A DNA stretch of 63,580 bases, the filler included, from an uncultured Myxococcia bacterium (GTDB lineage Bacteria > CAZTWC01): assembly GCA_964617105.1 (NCBI GenBank). It is 4 parts of 4 records of this genome, joined end to end, with 100 filler letters (N's around TTAATTAATTAA, not from the genome) between each part and the next. Parts side by side here need not be neighbours in the genome. Positions count along the whole stretch, not along the records: positions 48,090 to 63,580 come from CAZTWC010000065.1; 3 more parts are not named here. The stretch is one strand, 5' to 3'. Each line of letters opens with the position of its first letter. The first letter of the stretch is position 1. The notes beneath the pieces were generated by a model, which saw nothing but the letters and a program-made list of their open reading frames with translations, searched no databases and was not told where the DNA came from. The position numbers and the translations under genes are program-made. Below are positions 50,221 through 60,905 of the stretch, one piece after another.

Positions 50221-52254
50221 CTAATTTGTTAGGATAAAGAGGTCGTTTGCTTTTCTGATGACAGCGGCTGGGCCAATAAAAATTACCCGATCGTCTGTCT
50301 CGATTTTAGTATGCCCGCGGGGGACTACAAATTTATTTTCCCTGATGATAGCGGCAATTACACACTCTTTAGGAATATCGAGGTTGCGGATCAATTGACC
50401 AGAAACCTGGGCTTTTTCTGGCACTGTTACGTCCAAAAGACTGGCGGCTCCCAAACCAAATTCATAGAGTTGGGCTAAACCTGGGCGATCGAGCAGATTT
50501 TCGACCATGGTCGCTGTGGCCCAGGGAGCGCTTATAGCCACTACGTTATTTTGCTCGAGCAATTCTGTGTATTCTGGTTCCTGGACAATGGCGAACACTT
50601 TTTTGTGTCCCAATTGCCTGGCCTGAAGAGCAGCAATTACGTTCCGGCCATCGTCATCGTAGGCTGCGATGACAACGTCTATATTATCCAGGCCAACCTG
50701 CTCTAACAATTCTTTTTTAGTGCCGTCGCCTTGATAAATTGGTACATTGTAGTGCTGCTCCAATTCCTGACAGAGCGCTTCTTCGTCCTCAATAAAGGTT
50801 ACCTGATGTTCTGCAGAACGAAACATCATCCGGTACTTGTCTTTGGCCACCAGCCGATTGGCAATATTTTGCCCCTGTCTTTTTCCGCTTATGATAAGCA
50901 CTTGCATACATTTCCTCCCGAGTCTGTATATCAGCCATTTAATTTTTTGGATAAATAAACCTGGTAATTTAGAAATTTCAGCCCTATTGTCAGGCCTGAT
51001 TAAATAGATTGCGCCGCCAACAACAGTAAGTATTCCACCCAAAATAAACGACCTAAATTCTAAGGCTGGCACAAATATCCAGGTAGTTGTGACGCCTAAA
51101 ATTGGGATTAAGGGAAAAAATCTGCATTGATAGGGACGCCTTAGATTGGGCATGCGTTTGTGAAGAGGAATGACGGCGTAATTGATAATTCCAAGCCCCA
51201 TCAAATAGCCGAAATCACTAAGTGATGCTACAAATTTTACAATACCTGTGGCACTGAAGACAACCACGATAAGCGAACAGATAATAAGGGCAATATGGGG
51301 TGTCTGGAATCTTGGATGTAATCTGGCTAAAAAACCGGGGAAATGTCGATCTCGACCTAGGGCGAAGAGGATACGGGCGCTGGCGCCCAGGGTAACACTG
51401 AAAGCGGAGAGGCTAGCCATAATAGTTGCGGTAATGCCGGCCCAGCGGCCCCAGGGACCGAATAATTGATCGGCGGTATGAATAAAGGGAATTTCGCTAT
51501 GGGCCAGGTCTTTATAGTTAGTAACCCCCATCATCACGCCTACTACAAGAACGTAGAATACCGTGCTGATGCCTAAGGTGATCAGAATAGCGCGCGGGAT
51601 GGTTTTAGCCGGGGCAATGATTTCTTCGGAGGCATTGGAAATCAACTCAAATCCTACATAGGAAATATAGATAAGCGCCATGGCCGGGATAAAAGGTTTC
51701 CAGCCCATAGGCGCCAGAGGCTCTAGATTGGCTGGTTCAATATCGGTTAAGCCAAGAAGGGCCACTCCTAGAAGCACGGCCAGCTCTATCAGGTTCATTA
51801 CCGTGATGATGATAATTGCTTTCTTCATACCCCAAAAGTTGACCAGAGTAAAAACTAAGGTGGTAATACAGGTTATAATAGCAATATTGGCGTTTGGTAG
51901 AAAATAGGTACGGATGGTTAAGGCAAAGATAAGCGCGTACATAGCGCAGGCCAGGGTATTGCCAATCCAAAAAAACCAGCCTGTAAAAAAGGCCACCGGG
52001 CGGCTCATAGTCCTACTAACAAAGGAATAACCGCCACCAGCCAGGGGAATAGCCGCTCCAAGTTCACTATAATTCAAAGCGGTAAAAATAGTCATAAATC
52101 CCATGGCTAGATAAACTAGAATACCTAAGGGGCCAACCATTTCCGCCAATTCACCGGGTAGGGCAAAAATCCCCGGTCCCATAGTGGCACCGATGCCTAT
52201 CATCACTGCCATAAACAGGCCCATATTTCGTCTGAAACCTACCTGGTTCGACAT
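50221..52254 (-). CDS. APC-family amino acid permease fused to TrkA-N and TrkA-C (RCK) domains
   Basis: GATMGPGIF, YSELGAAIPLAGGGY, YVGFE, RILFALGRD...LHPRFQTPH; then GDGT...L...G...IDVVIA, DDGRN and IIRENKFVVPRGHTKIETDDRV. Track GTG start is 52260. Confidence 0.85.
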   Translation of the reverse strand: MSNQVGFRRNMGLFMAVMIGIGATMGPGIFALPGELAEMVGPLGILVYLAMGFMTIFTALNYSELGAAIPLAGGGYSFVSRTMSRPVAFFTGWFFWIGNTLACAMYALIFALTIRTYFLPNANIAIITCITTLVFTLVNFWGMKKAIIIITVMNLIELAVLLGVALLGLTDIEPANLEPLAPMGWKPFIPAMALIYISYVGFELISNASEEIIAPAKTIPRAILITLGISTVFYVLVVGVMMGVTNYKDLAHSEIPFIHTADQLFGPWGRWAGITATIMASLSAFSVTLGASARILFALGRDRHFPGFLARLHPRFQTPHIALIICSLIVVVFSATGIVKFVASLSDFGYLMGLGIINYAVIPLHKRMPNLRRPYQCRFFPLIPILGVTTTWIFVPALEFRSFILGGILTVVGGAIYLIRPDNRAEISKLPGLFIQKIKWLIYRLGRKCMQVLIISGKRQGQNIANRLVAKDKYRMMFRSAEHQVTFIEDEEALCQELEQHYNVPIYQGDGTKKELLEQVGLDNIDVVIAAYDDDGRNVIAALQARQLGHKKVFAIVQEPEYTELLEQNNVVAISAPWATATMVENLLDRPGLAQLYEFGLGAASLLDVTVPEKAQVSGQLIRNLDIPKECVIAAIIRENKFVVPRGHTKIETDDRVIFIGPAAVIRKANDLFILTN

Positions 52255-52498
52255 AAACACCAGTTCCCGAAATTTAAAGGCATTTCACCCGAAATTGCCT
52301 TCTGATTTATAAAATACCAACACTGGATATTAGCAATGAGTGTTTGAATTGTCAATTGTTGTAGAAATCAAAAGATGGCTCTGAAAAATGATCTCAGATC
52401 TGTAATATTTGAGATTCCCGCTTTCCAGATTGGGTCGCATATGGTCATTGTTGCTAATTTTGATTGACAATCAATAATAACCATGATAATTGTTATGC

Positions 52499-53833
52499 AT
52501 GGTTGCTTTATTGTCAGAAATCAATAATAGACTGCTTAGATTCAATCCCTGGATAGTTAAACCAGATGCCTATCAAAAATATATTTCTCCTTTCTTGCCG
52601 GAGAAATACATCCCCAGGCAACTCGATCGAGTAAAAATTTCTTCAAAACAAGCCTTGGTCATTATCGGACCGCGTCAATCGGGCAAATCCACTATCGCCT
52701 GGCATCTTTTGAAACCATTTTTCCCCAATCTCCTTTTTTTCAACATGGAAGATCCATTGTTAAAAACAGGATGCGTTTCAGCAATAGAAATGATTTCTCT
52801 TATTCGTTCAGATTTTCCTTTTATAAAGGCTATTTTTATTGACGAAATCCAGCACCTGGAAGAGGCAGGATTATTCGTGAAAATGATGGTGGATGCCAGG
52901 TTTAATTTACCTATTATCGTTACTGGTTCTTCCTCTTTTCATTTAAGGAGCAAAACAAGGGAGTCCCTGGCGGGCCGGGCAATCCGCAGAATGCTTCTAC
53001 CCTTTTCCTTGCAGGAACTGCTTGACGATATTCAGCCTTCAAATGATCTGGCCATGAAAGAAGTTTGTAATGAGATAGTCGGTCATCAATTGATAATCGG
53101 TTCCTATCCTTCAGTATATTTAGAAAAAAAAATAGAGGACAAAAAGATCATATTGAGTGACCTGGTCGAGGCGCTAATATTAAGAGATGCATCCGATATT
53201 TTTAAAATTAAAAGAATCGATGCCTTTCGAAAACTTATGACTCTGTTGGCAGGTCAAATAGGCAATTTGATAAATGTTTCGGAATTAGCCGCGCACTGTA
53301 ATGTCAATGTGGGTTCAGTCAATGCCTACATCGAGATAATGGAGGAAAGTCATATCATAAAAAGGCTCAGACCTTTTGTCGGTGGTAAACGCCATGAAAT
53401 AACCGGCGCTCCAAAAATATTCTTTATTGACAATGGTATTCGGAATCAGCTTTTGAATAGTTTTTCAACGAACATAGATTTGAGGACAGACCGGGGACCA
53501 CTTTTTGAAAATTGGCTTTTTAGCGAAATATACAAAGCCTTGCCCTTTCAGGCTACAATTAAATATTGGCGCAGCAAATCAGGAGCGGAAGTCGATTTTA
53601 TCATTGAATTTGCCAATCAGTTAATAGGCATAGAAGCCAAGGCAAGTAAATTAACAAAAACCAGGTTGAGTAAATCGGCAACCAGTTTTGTCAAAGCCTA
53701 TAAACCCTTGAAACTTGCCATCGTAAACCTATCTCTGGACATGCAGGCAGAATATGGAGGAACACAGATAGATTTTATCACACCCCCAGGGTTGTTGAAA
53801 TGGCTCGACTCGATTCACACTCTGTCCGGCTGA
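52499..53833 (+). CDS. AAA+ ATPase with DUF4143 and C-terminal PD-(D/E)xK-like motif
   Basis: GPRQSGKS, IFIDEIQ, TGSSS, ESLAGR, KIFFIDNG, LFEN, EVDF...IEAK. Confidence 0.88.
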   Translation: MVALLSEINNRLLRFNPWIVKPDAYQKYISPFLPEKYIPRQLDRVKISSKQALVIIGPRQSGKSTIAWHLLKPFFPNLLFFNMEDPLLKTGCVSAIEMISLIRSDFPFIKAIFIDEIQHLEEAGLFVKMMVDARFNLPIIVTGSSSFHLRSKTRESLAGRAIRRMLLPFSLQELLDDIQPSNDLAMKEVCNEIVGHQLIIGSYPSVYLEKKIEDKKIILSDLVEALILRDASDIFKIKRIDAFRKLMTLLAGQIGNLINVSELAAHCNVNVGSVNAYIEIMEESHIIKRLRPFVGGKRHEITGAPKIFFIDNGIRNQLLNSFSTNIDLRTDRGPLFENWLFSEIYKALPFQATIKYWRSKSGAEVDFIIEFANQLIGIEAKASKLTKTRLSKSATSFVKAYKPLKLAIVNLSLDMQAEYGGTQIDFITPPGLLKWLDSIHTLSG

Positions 53834-53916
53834 AATGGTAGTCAACACCCAGCGGAAAATGGGTTTGACCTCCGGCCTTCCAGAATCGGTAAATTTCCCC
53901 TCCATTTCCTATCCCT

Positions 53917-56900
53917 CTATCCCGAATAGTTATGCTGAAGTTTTCTCAGGGAACTGAAGACCAAATCCAATTCTCCTTTGAATTGCTCTAGAAGCAGAGA
54001 CAATTTATCACTCTCACCATTTTTGAGTTCAGACTCCAGGCTGGTGGCCAGGTCGGCCAATTTTTCAGCGCCAATATAGATTGCCGAACTTCTCATGGAA
54101 TGGGAAAGCCGCTGGGCCTGCCTAAAGTTACCATCTTTATTGGCCGTTATCTCTGTAAAAACATTCTGGTAACAATCAAGGAAATTGGCAACGAGTTCCA
54201 TGTATAACTCCTGGTCGCCGCCAATATTTTTAATAGCCCTGTTCGCCAGCACCGCTGGTAACTGCTCCCCGGTCAACTCCGTTTTCATTTGCGGATCAGT
54301 TATCTCCGCATTTGTAGGCTCCTGTTTTATCCATTTTTTCAAGGTGGAAAAGAGTACGTTTTCTGAAAATGGCTTGTTGATATGATCATTCATACCGGCC
54401 TTCAGGCTCTTCTCCCGGTGCTCAGCCATGGCATGGGCGGTCATAGCGATTATGGGAACATCTTGATAGCGAGGTTCAGACCTGATAATTTTTGTAACCT
54501 CTAAACCATCCATTTCCGGCATTTCAATATCCATTAAAATCAGATCAAAATCCTGCTCCTTTAAAGCCTCTATAGCCTGTCGGCCATCGGCTGCAACAGT
54601 AATCTTAAAACAGGCCTGCTTCAGAAACTCAGTGGCCACCAGTTGATTGATTTTGTCATCTTCCACCAGGAGCACTTTTTTGTTTTTAAAGTAAAACAAG
54701 GGAATTTCCTCTATGTTCTTTGAGGTCGATTTTTGTGCCTGCGGACCAACTGCCCCATCGATCTCGTAGTTTACCGCCTCAAATAACGTATTGATTACCA
54801 TGGAAGAACTAAAGGGTTTTGCTAAAAATAACTGGCGAATACTATCCTCTGTTTCAGCCTGAATCTGCTCCTGTTCGTAGGGTGAACAGATAATTACGAT
54901 GGGAATATTTAGCAGTTTTAATTTGTTCATGACAATTTTAGTTTCTATTCCATCATTATTATCCCTCTGGTAGTCAATAAAAATCAAATCGTATCGATTC
55001 TGTTCAAGTTCTCTCCTAACTTCTTCAATGGATGACCTCTCATCCGCCTCTATGGACAAGGAGGATAAAATACTCTTTAGAATTATTCTGGCTGAGTTAT
55101 TTCCCTCAACGATCAATGGGTGAAGTTTTTTAATCTGGTCAGGTATAATCAACCCTTCCAAATGATTATCATCAACTCCCAAAATAACTGAAAAGTAAAA
55201 ACAACTCCCTTCCCCCACTTCGCTTTCCACCCAAATATTTCCACCCATCTTTTCAACCAGGCTCTTACATATAGCCAAACCCAGACCGGTGCCGCCGTAC
55301 TTCCGTGTAGTTGAACTATCAGCCTGACTAAAGGATTGAAATACCTTGCCCATTTGTTCTTTGGGGATACCGGAACCCATGTCTTTTACAGAAAATAGCA
55401 GTTTCAATTTTCGAAGGGAGGGATCACTTTTTTCCTGCTCAGAGAACAATTCCACCTTGATCACCACTTCACCTTTTGCCGTGAACTTGATGGCATTGTT
55501 GGTCAGATTAATCAGCACCTGTCCCAACCGCAGCGGGTCTCCCTGCAGACATAGTGGAACAGCGTCCTCGATATGATAGAGGAACTCAATCCCTTTCTGG
55601 TGGGCCCGCAGGGTAATCAAATCGGCCAAACTGGAAAAAGTCTCCTCCAGATTGAAGGGTATATGCTCTATCAGCAGCTTCCCGGCCTCTATTTTGGAAA
55701 TGTCTAAAATGTCGTTGATAATTCCAAGCAACGAATTCGCCGCCCCCAATACCTTGTCCAAAAAATCGGCCTGCTCAGAAGTCAAATCAGTTTTCAGAGT
55801 AAGTTCGGTCAAACCTACAATGGCATTCATGGGCGTGCGGATCTCATGGCTCATGTTAGCCAAAAAATCACTCTTTACTTTCACCTTGGCTTCTGCCGCC
55901 TCTTTGGCAATGATGGCCCGCTCTTTCTCCTTTCTCTCAGTAATATCCACCATGGTTCCTTCATAGGTTTTCTGGCCGGAAATCTCTTTAATCAATCTGG
56001 CGCTTATGGTGGCCCAAAACACTGTTCCATCAATTTTATCAATTTGAACCTCAAGTTGGTTAATCTCGCCCTGCTCCTCAAGAGTCTTTAGAATAGAAAT
56101 AGCATCTTTTTTAAAATGGTAATGTCTGACCATAGGAATCTGAGCAGCCATTATGTCCGCTTTTGATTTATAACCAAGGAGTTTGATAAAGGCGGGATTG
56201 GCGGTTAGAATCTTCCCTTCGTTATTAACCTGATAGATCCCTTCAAATGCCTCCTCAAATATTCTGCGATAGTTCTCCTCCTTTATTTTAATTTCTTCTG
56301 CCATCGCTTTGACAGCGGCAAAAGATTTGGAAAACCGTTGGGAAATAATATAGGATTGGACAAAAATAAACACAAAGAGGCCATACTGGAGCAGACTCTG
56401 ATAACCGGTAATAAAAAAGTGCTGGGCATAAAGAATATCATTGATAATAGTGGATATCAGCACTAAAAGACCGCCAATTACCCAGATAGCGCCGTCTCTT
56501 TTATTGATAACTCCTTTGACTAAAACCATAACTAAATAGATAACAGCAAAAAGGATGATCAACTGGTAAAAGAGTTCAGTCTGACAGAATATTTTCGGGG
56601 GCGTGACCAGGACAATCAAACTGAATATAGCCCCAATAACTTGAAAAAATCTGAGCACAGAGAGGGAAAACTCCCGGGGATAAAGTTTGTAGATAAAGGT
56701 AGTAAACACTGGCAGGGCTAGATAGTATCCCAGCACGATAATGGTCACATTGAGCCGCCAAGTAAGACTGGGGAACAGGGTGGAAAAATAAACATCGCCA
56801 GTAGCGGGAATCCGCAAGGCGATTATTAAGCAGAAAAGGCCAAACAGCAGGTTAGAGGCATCGTCCCGCCGTAAAAGAAAGAGGGCAAAATGGTAAAAGG

Positions 56901-57567
56901 CCATTATCAGGATGGCACCAAATAGGATAAAATTTAATACCAGGGAGAGTTCCCGTTGTTGATGCAACTGGGAGGACAGACCAAACTCAATTGAATCACG
57001 GACACCGCCGTCTTTGTGGGCAAAATTGGTCACCTGCAGTATCAATTCCACTTTTGTCTGTTTTAACGCAAAGGAGGTCACATTGGGAGAATACTTTGGT
57101 GTCGACTCCTTTTCGCTCTTACCCACCTTGCCACTGGAGAAGATGGGCTTGCCATTTATCCATATTTTATAAGCAGTATATATTTCACCCGTTTTAACGG
57201 CAAATATCTTTGGAGAGCCGTTCAAAACAACAGTCAACCGGTAGGTGCCGAACCCTTCATGGGGCAGGGCTTTATCGCGCCATTGTGCGTCATTCCAAAT
57301 CTCGGGTACTTTGAAATAGTCTAATCCTTCTGAGGAGATTGGGGCGGTAAAATCCCGGGGAGATAAAAGTTGCCGCCAATAGAACTCCCATTGGCCATCC
57401 AGTTTGACTGTACCATCCTGCTGGAAATTCCACTGGCTGAGGTCGAGAATACCATTGCGGACTTTTGGAGGGGTTTTTTGGGGATATTCCGGGCCGCAGG
57501 CAGTAAAAATCAATACTATGGCCACTATTAGCCATAACATTTTGTTATTGTCCAGAATATTAATCAT
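53917..57567 (-). CDS. Hybrid sensor histidine kinase (extracellular domain, 7TM-DISM, PAS, HisKA, HATPase, two REC, Hpt)
   Basis: LDGQWEFYW, 7 TM helices, PAS-like region, [41 protein letters not shown] (Hpt). Start uncertain; the track gives 57600. Confidence 0.92.
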   Translation of the reverse strand: MINILDNNKMLWLIVAIVLIFTACGPEYPQKTPPKVRNGILDLSQWNFQQDGTVKLDGQWEFYWRQLLSPRDFTAPISSEGLDYFKVPEIWNDAQWRDKALPHEGFGTYRLTVVLNGSPKIFAVKTGEIYTAYKIWINGKPIFSSGKVGKSEKESTPKYSPNVTSFALKQTKVELILQVTNFAHKDGGVRDSIEFGLSSQLHQQRELSLVLNFILFGAILIMAFYHFALFLLRRDDASNLLFGLFCLIIALRIPATGDVYFSTLFPSLTWRLNVTIIVLGYYLALPVFTTFIYKLYPREFSLSVLRFFQVIGAIFSLIVLVTPPKIFCQTELFYQLIILFAVIYLVMVLVKGVINKRDGAIWVIGGLLVLISTIINDILYAQHFFITGYQSLLQYGLFVFIFVQSYIISQRFSKSFAAVKAMAEEIKIKEENYRRIFEEAFEGIYQVNNEGKILTANPAFIKLLGYKSKADIMAAQIPMVRHYHFKKDAISILKTLEEQGEINQLEVQIDKIDGTVFWATISARLIKEISGQKTYEGTMVDITERKEKERAIIAKEAAEAKVKVKSDFLANMSHEIRTPMNAIVGLTELTLKTDLTSEQADFLDKVLGAANSLLGIINDILDISKIEAGKLLIEHIPFNLEETFSSLADLITLRAHQKGIEFLYHIEDAVPLCLQGDPLRLGQVLINLTNNAIKFTAKGEVVIKVELFSEQEKSDPSLRKLKLLFSVKDMGSGIPKEQMGKVFQSFSQADSSTTRKYGGTGLGLAICKSLVEKMGGNIWVESEVGEGSCFYFSVILGVDDNHLEGLIIPDQIKKLHPLIVEGNNSARIILKSILSSLSIEADERSSIEEVRRELEQNRYDLIFIDYQRDNNDGIETKIVMNKLKLLNIPIVIICSPYEQEQIQAETEDSIRQLFLAKPFSSSMVINTLFEAVNYEIDGAVGPQAQKSTSKNIEEIPLFYFKNKKVLLVEDDKINQLVATEFLKQACFKITVAADGRQAIEALKEQDFDLILMDIEMPEMDGLEVTKIIRSEPRYQDVPIIAMTAHAMAEHREKSLKAGMNDHINKPFSENVLFSTLKKWIKQEPTNAEITDPQMKTELTGEQLPAVLANRAIKNIGGDQELYMELVANFLDCYQNVFTEITANKDGNFRQAQRLSHSMRSSAIYIGAEKLADLATSLESELKNGESDKLSLLLEQFKGELDLVFSSLRKLQHNYSG

Positions 57568-57719
57568 AATTGTTGGTGAAACTCTTGGAAAAAAAACCAA
57601 AAAGTGTATTATATATTACAATAGAATCGTTCAATCTGGAAGGAAAAACTGACACTCGATGTTAGGAAATGTCCTACATCTGTGAGTCGGATGGGTTTTT
57701 GGGAGGTACAAGGAAATAC

Positions 57720-57780
57720 TTGCCAAATATTCGTTGGTGCTTTACAGTTAACTTAAAAATGTCAGCTGGATTTTTTAAGT
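57720..57780 (+). promoter_or_regulatory. Sigma-70 promoter and adjacent inverted repeat upstream of the second AAA/DUF4143 gene
   Basis: TTGCCA-N17-TACAGT (57720-57748), then ACTTAAAAA-N12-TTTTTAAGT (57751-57780). Confidence 0.5.
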
Positions 57781-57790
57781 ATGGTTAAAA

Positions 57791-58927
57791 ATGAATGAGT
57801 TAACTCGCTATAGTGAATCGGTGATTACCAATGACTTGGCCAAAAAAATGGTTTTTTTGGCTGGCTCAAGACAAAGTGGCAAAACAACCCTAGCCAAAAA
57901 GTTACTGAGAACATTTAATCAAAGTATTAAAGCAAGATATTTAAACTGGGATTCTGGCCGGGACAGAGAAAAAATCATCAGGGAGAGTTTTCCCGCCGGC
58001 CGGGGTTTGCTGGTATTGGACGAAATTCACAAATACACCCGTTGGCGCCAGGCAGTCAAAGGCCTTTACGATAAACGGGGTGATGACTTACAAATCCTGG
58101 TTACCGGAAGTGCCAAACTCGATCATTATCGCCATGGCGGTGACTCGCTTCAGGGCAGGTATCATTTTTATCGGCTCCATCCACTCTCATTTGCCGAAAT
58201 TGGTGGACAATCTATCTCTGACCTTAAAGACCTGCTAACTTTCAGCGGTTTTCCCCAACCATTTTGCCTGGCCTCGGAAAGGGAGACAAAACGGTGGAGC
58301 CGCGAATACCGCACCCGGCTGATTGGCGATGAATTGCAAGACCTGGAAAAAGTCAAAGATATCGCACTGGTCCAGCAACTTGTCCTCAGGCTTCCAGATT
58401 TGGTTGGTTCTCCATTGTCTATCAACAATCTTCGCGAAGACCTCCAGGTAGCCCACCAAACCGTGGCCCGATGGATTCAGATTCTTGAAAATCTTTATAT
58501 GATCTTTAGGGTCTATCCATTTGGCAGCCCACTCATAAGAGCCGTTAAAAAAGAGGCAAAACATTACCATGCTGATTGGACGGTAATTTCTGATCCGGGG
58601 GCGCGCTTTGAAAACCTGGTGGCCTGCCATCTCCTCAAATGGTGTCATTTTCTTCAGGATACCGAAGGCAGGGAGATGGAACTCCGCTATTTTCGCGATG
58701 TGGAACGCCGGGAAGTGGACTTTGTGATCATGGAAGACAATACTCCAATTCAGTTGATTGAATGCAAAACATCACGCCGGGATTCAACCCGGTCACTCCG
58801 CTATCTAAAACAACGTTTTCCTCAGGCGTCCGCTTTTCAGGTAGACCTTAACGGCCAACAAGATGTTGTTGACAAAGATAATATACATCAAATCCCGGCA
58901 ATAAAATTTTTAGCAGGGTTGGTTTAA
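57791..58927 (+). CDS. AAA+ ATPase with DUF4143 and C-terminal PD-(D/E)xK-like motif
   Basis: GSRQSGKT, LVLDEIHK, VTGSA, GDSLQGR, RFENLVA, EVDF...IECK. Confidence 0.88.
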   Translation: MNELTRYSESVITNDLAKKMVFLAGSRQSGKTTLAKKLLRTFNQSIKARYLNWDSGRDREKIIRESFPAGRGLLVLDEIHKYTRWRQAVKGLYDKRGDDLQILVTGSAKLDHYRHGGDSLQGRYHFYRLHPLSFAEIGGQSISDLKDLLTFSGFPQPFCLASERETKRWSREYRTRLIGDELQDLEKVKDIALVQQLVLRLPDLVGSPLSINNLREDLQVAHQTVARWIQILENLYMIFRVYPFGSPLIRAVKKEAKHYHADWTVISDPGARFENLVACHLLKWCHFLQDTEGREMELRYFRDVERREVDFVIMEDNTPIQLIECKTSRRDSTRSLRYLKQRFPQASAFQVDLNGQQDVVDKDNIHQIPAIKFLAGLV

Positions 58928-58955
58928 GTTTTTCCGAAAAAGTAATTTATCAGAA

Positions 58956-60218
58956 TCAAATACTTGCCAGAACTTTGTCTAGTGCCCTGATTAGATCGCT
59001 CTCATCTTCGATTCCCACTGAGATACGTACCAAACCATCGGTTACTCCGGCTTTCTCCCGTTTATCCTTGGGAACACAGGCATGGGTCATTGAGGCTGGG
59101 TGTTGAATTAGAGAATCTACGCAACCAAGCGATACCGCCAGGGTAAAGATCTTGATGTTGTCCATCAACTTCCGACCTGCTTCGATACCGCCTTTAACAT
59201 CAAAAGAGACCATTCCGCCAAAATTTGCCATTTGACGTTTAGCCAATTGATAATCGCGATTACTCTCTAAACCAGGATAATAAACCCGCTCCACTTGGGG
59301 ATGATTCTCCAAATATTGAGCGATAGCGATAGCATTAGCACAGTGTTTATCCATGCGAACAGGCAAAGTTTTGAGTCCCATGTTTACCAGCCAACAATCA
59401 AAGGGACTGGGAGAAGTACCCACATCTTTTAGTGCATTGTAGGTATTTGCTTTAATCTCATCATCAATGGTGGTCATAATTCCGCCAACCACCGTTCCAT
59501 GGCCGCCAAGATACTTGGTGGTAGAATGGATCACTACATCGGCACCCATGGAGAGCGGTCGTTGAAGATATGGGGTAGCAAAAGTATTATCCACAATTAC
59601 TTTCATATTGGCATTAACATTTTTTACGATTTTCACCAGGGCAGGAATGTCCGTGATGGTCAGCATGGGATTGGTTGGTGTTTCAAACAGAATTGCCCTG
59701 GCACCGGGATTAGCCTCTACCACTTTTTCCACCGCCTTTAGATCGGAGGTATCTACTTCTATTACATTGATTCCTAAACGGGATAAAATTGTTTGAGATA
59801 GATGCTCTGTCGCACCATAAACAACATCTCCCATAATCAGGGTATCACCCTGACTGCATATGGCCAAAATGGTTGAACTTATAGCCGACATACCAGAGGA
59901 AAATGCCATTGAGGAAACACAAATATCGGGATTGGCAATCTTTACCTCTTTTCCTTCCAGAGCGTTCATTTTGGCCTCCAGAAGTAAAACGGTCGGGTTG
60001 CCCAGGCGGGTATAAACATATCCGGGTTGTTTGCCGGCAAAAATATCAGCCCCCTCCTGTGCACTTTGAAAAACAAAAGTTGATGTTTGATAAATGGCCC
60101 CAGAGTGAGAAGTCTGTTGGGGCTGGCCAATGTGTTCACCAGAATGAAGTGTCCTGGTAGCAAAGCCGCAGTCAAGATAAAATTTTTCTAAAAAATCTGG
60201 TGCTTTTGAGTCTTCCAT
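58956..60218 (-). CDS. Cys/Met-metabolism PLP enzyme, methionine gamma-lyase-like
   Basis: IYQTSTF, YTRLGNPT, SGMSAI, ETPTNP, DNTFATP, HSTTKY (PLP Lys), LAVSLG, HPASMTH, RISVGIE. Confidence 0.85.
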   Translation of the reverse strand: MEDSKAPDFLEKFYLDCGFATRTLHSGEHIGQPQQTSHSGAIYQTSTFVFQSAQEGADIFAGKQPGYVYTRLGNPTVLLLEAKMNALEGKEVKIANPDICVSSMAFSSGMSAISSTILAICSQGDTLIMGDVVYGATEHLSQTILSRLGINVIEVDTSDLKAVEKVVEANPGARAILFETPTNPMLTITDIPALVKIVKNVNANMKVIVDNTFATPYLQRPLSMGADVVIHSTTKYLGGHGTVVGGIMTTIDDEIKANTYNALKDVGTSPSPFDCWLVNMGLKTLPVRMDKHCANAIAIAQYLENHPQVERVYYPGLESNRDYQLAKRQMANFGGMVSFDVKGGIEAGRKLMDNIKIFTLAVSLGCVDSLIQHPASMTHACVPKDKREKAGVTDGLVRISVGIEDESDLIRALDKVLASI

Positions 60219-60480
60219 TAAATTAATCTCCCTTGTCCTACTGTGTCATATAATTATTGTTTCTATAGCGGTTATTATTACCATTAACGACAAATGTTCT
60301 GTAATACCCGCACCCTATTTTCTTTTTTAACGTCCAATATTATGATATCTAATTTAACGAAGTCTATACATATAAAACAATAACTAGTGCCCTGTCAATC
60401 ATCAGTTGTATCTGACTGGTTTGTCAAAGGCTAAAAAGCCCCCACTGGCAGTTTCATTTGTTCGGCCGTTTTTTGGAGAG

Positions 60481-60594
60481 TTATCCCCGATTTATATTAT
60501 AGTAGATCGAATAGTATTTATCAGCTTGACCGTTAAATCGTCTTGTGCTATGTTTCCGGAATCTGACTCCGGAATCTTGGGTTTTATACCACAT
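60481..60594 (-). pseudogene. Integrase N-terminal remnant (older copy)
   Basis: MWYKTQDSGVRFRKHSTRRFNGQADKYYSIYYNINRG-stop is homologous to the remnant at 61990-62230. Confidence 0.7.
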
Positions 60595-60636
60595 TATTCG
60601 GGGATCGTCTAACGGCAGGACAGCAGACTCTGGATC
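60491..60636 (+). repeat. Left copy of a ~146-bp imperfect direct repeat (other copy 62127-62272)
   Basis: Constant offset of 1636 nt; includes promoter, leader and tRNA 5' half. Confidence 0.92.
60598..60636 (+). pseudogene. Displaced 5' half of tRNA-Gln(CTG) (att site)
   Basis: TCGGGGATCGTCTAACGGCAGGACAGCAGACTCTGGATC covers the acceptor 5' strand, D arm and anticodon loop, then unrelated sequence follows. Confidence 0.88.
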
Positions 60637-60670
60637 AGATTCCCCCGCAAAACACATAATGAATGATAAC

Positions 60671-60700
60671 AAAGGGTTGGCGAAATTGCCAGCCCTTTTT
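60671..60700 (+). terminator. Rho-independent terminator just inside the element's left end
   Basis: AAAGGGTTGGC-GAAATT-GCCAGCCCTTTTT. Confidence 0.75.
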
Positions 60701-60853
60701 GGTTTCTTGAAGTCGTTTAGTCCCACTATAGTCCCACCTTTTCTGGGAATTGGGGGGAAGGTTGACAGTAACAGGGTACCTATACTGGACCAGAACACTT
60801 TTTTTGAGTATATTAAATGTTCTTTAAATTGTATGCAATAAGGTGCCATCTTT

Positions 60854-60900
60854 ATTGTAATTACAATATGATTGACAAATGAGCAAAATGTAGTTACAAT
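60854..60900 (+). promoter_or_regulatory. brnTA promoter with operator palindromes
   Basis: TTGACA (60872-60877)-N17-TACAAT (60895-60900); palindrome ATTGTAATTACAAT (60854-60867) and a near-copy overlapping the -10. Confidence 0.75.
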
Positions 60901-60905
60901 TTAAT

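Noticed and set aside
60481-60849. 122-aa ORF as a real gene
   Set aside because: Reads through the terminator and the antisense tRNA half; only the last 37 codons (integrase stub) are meaningful.
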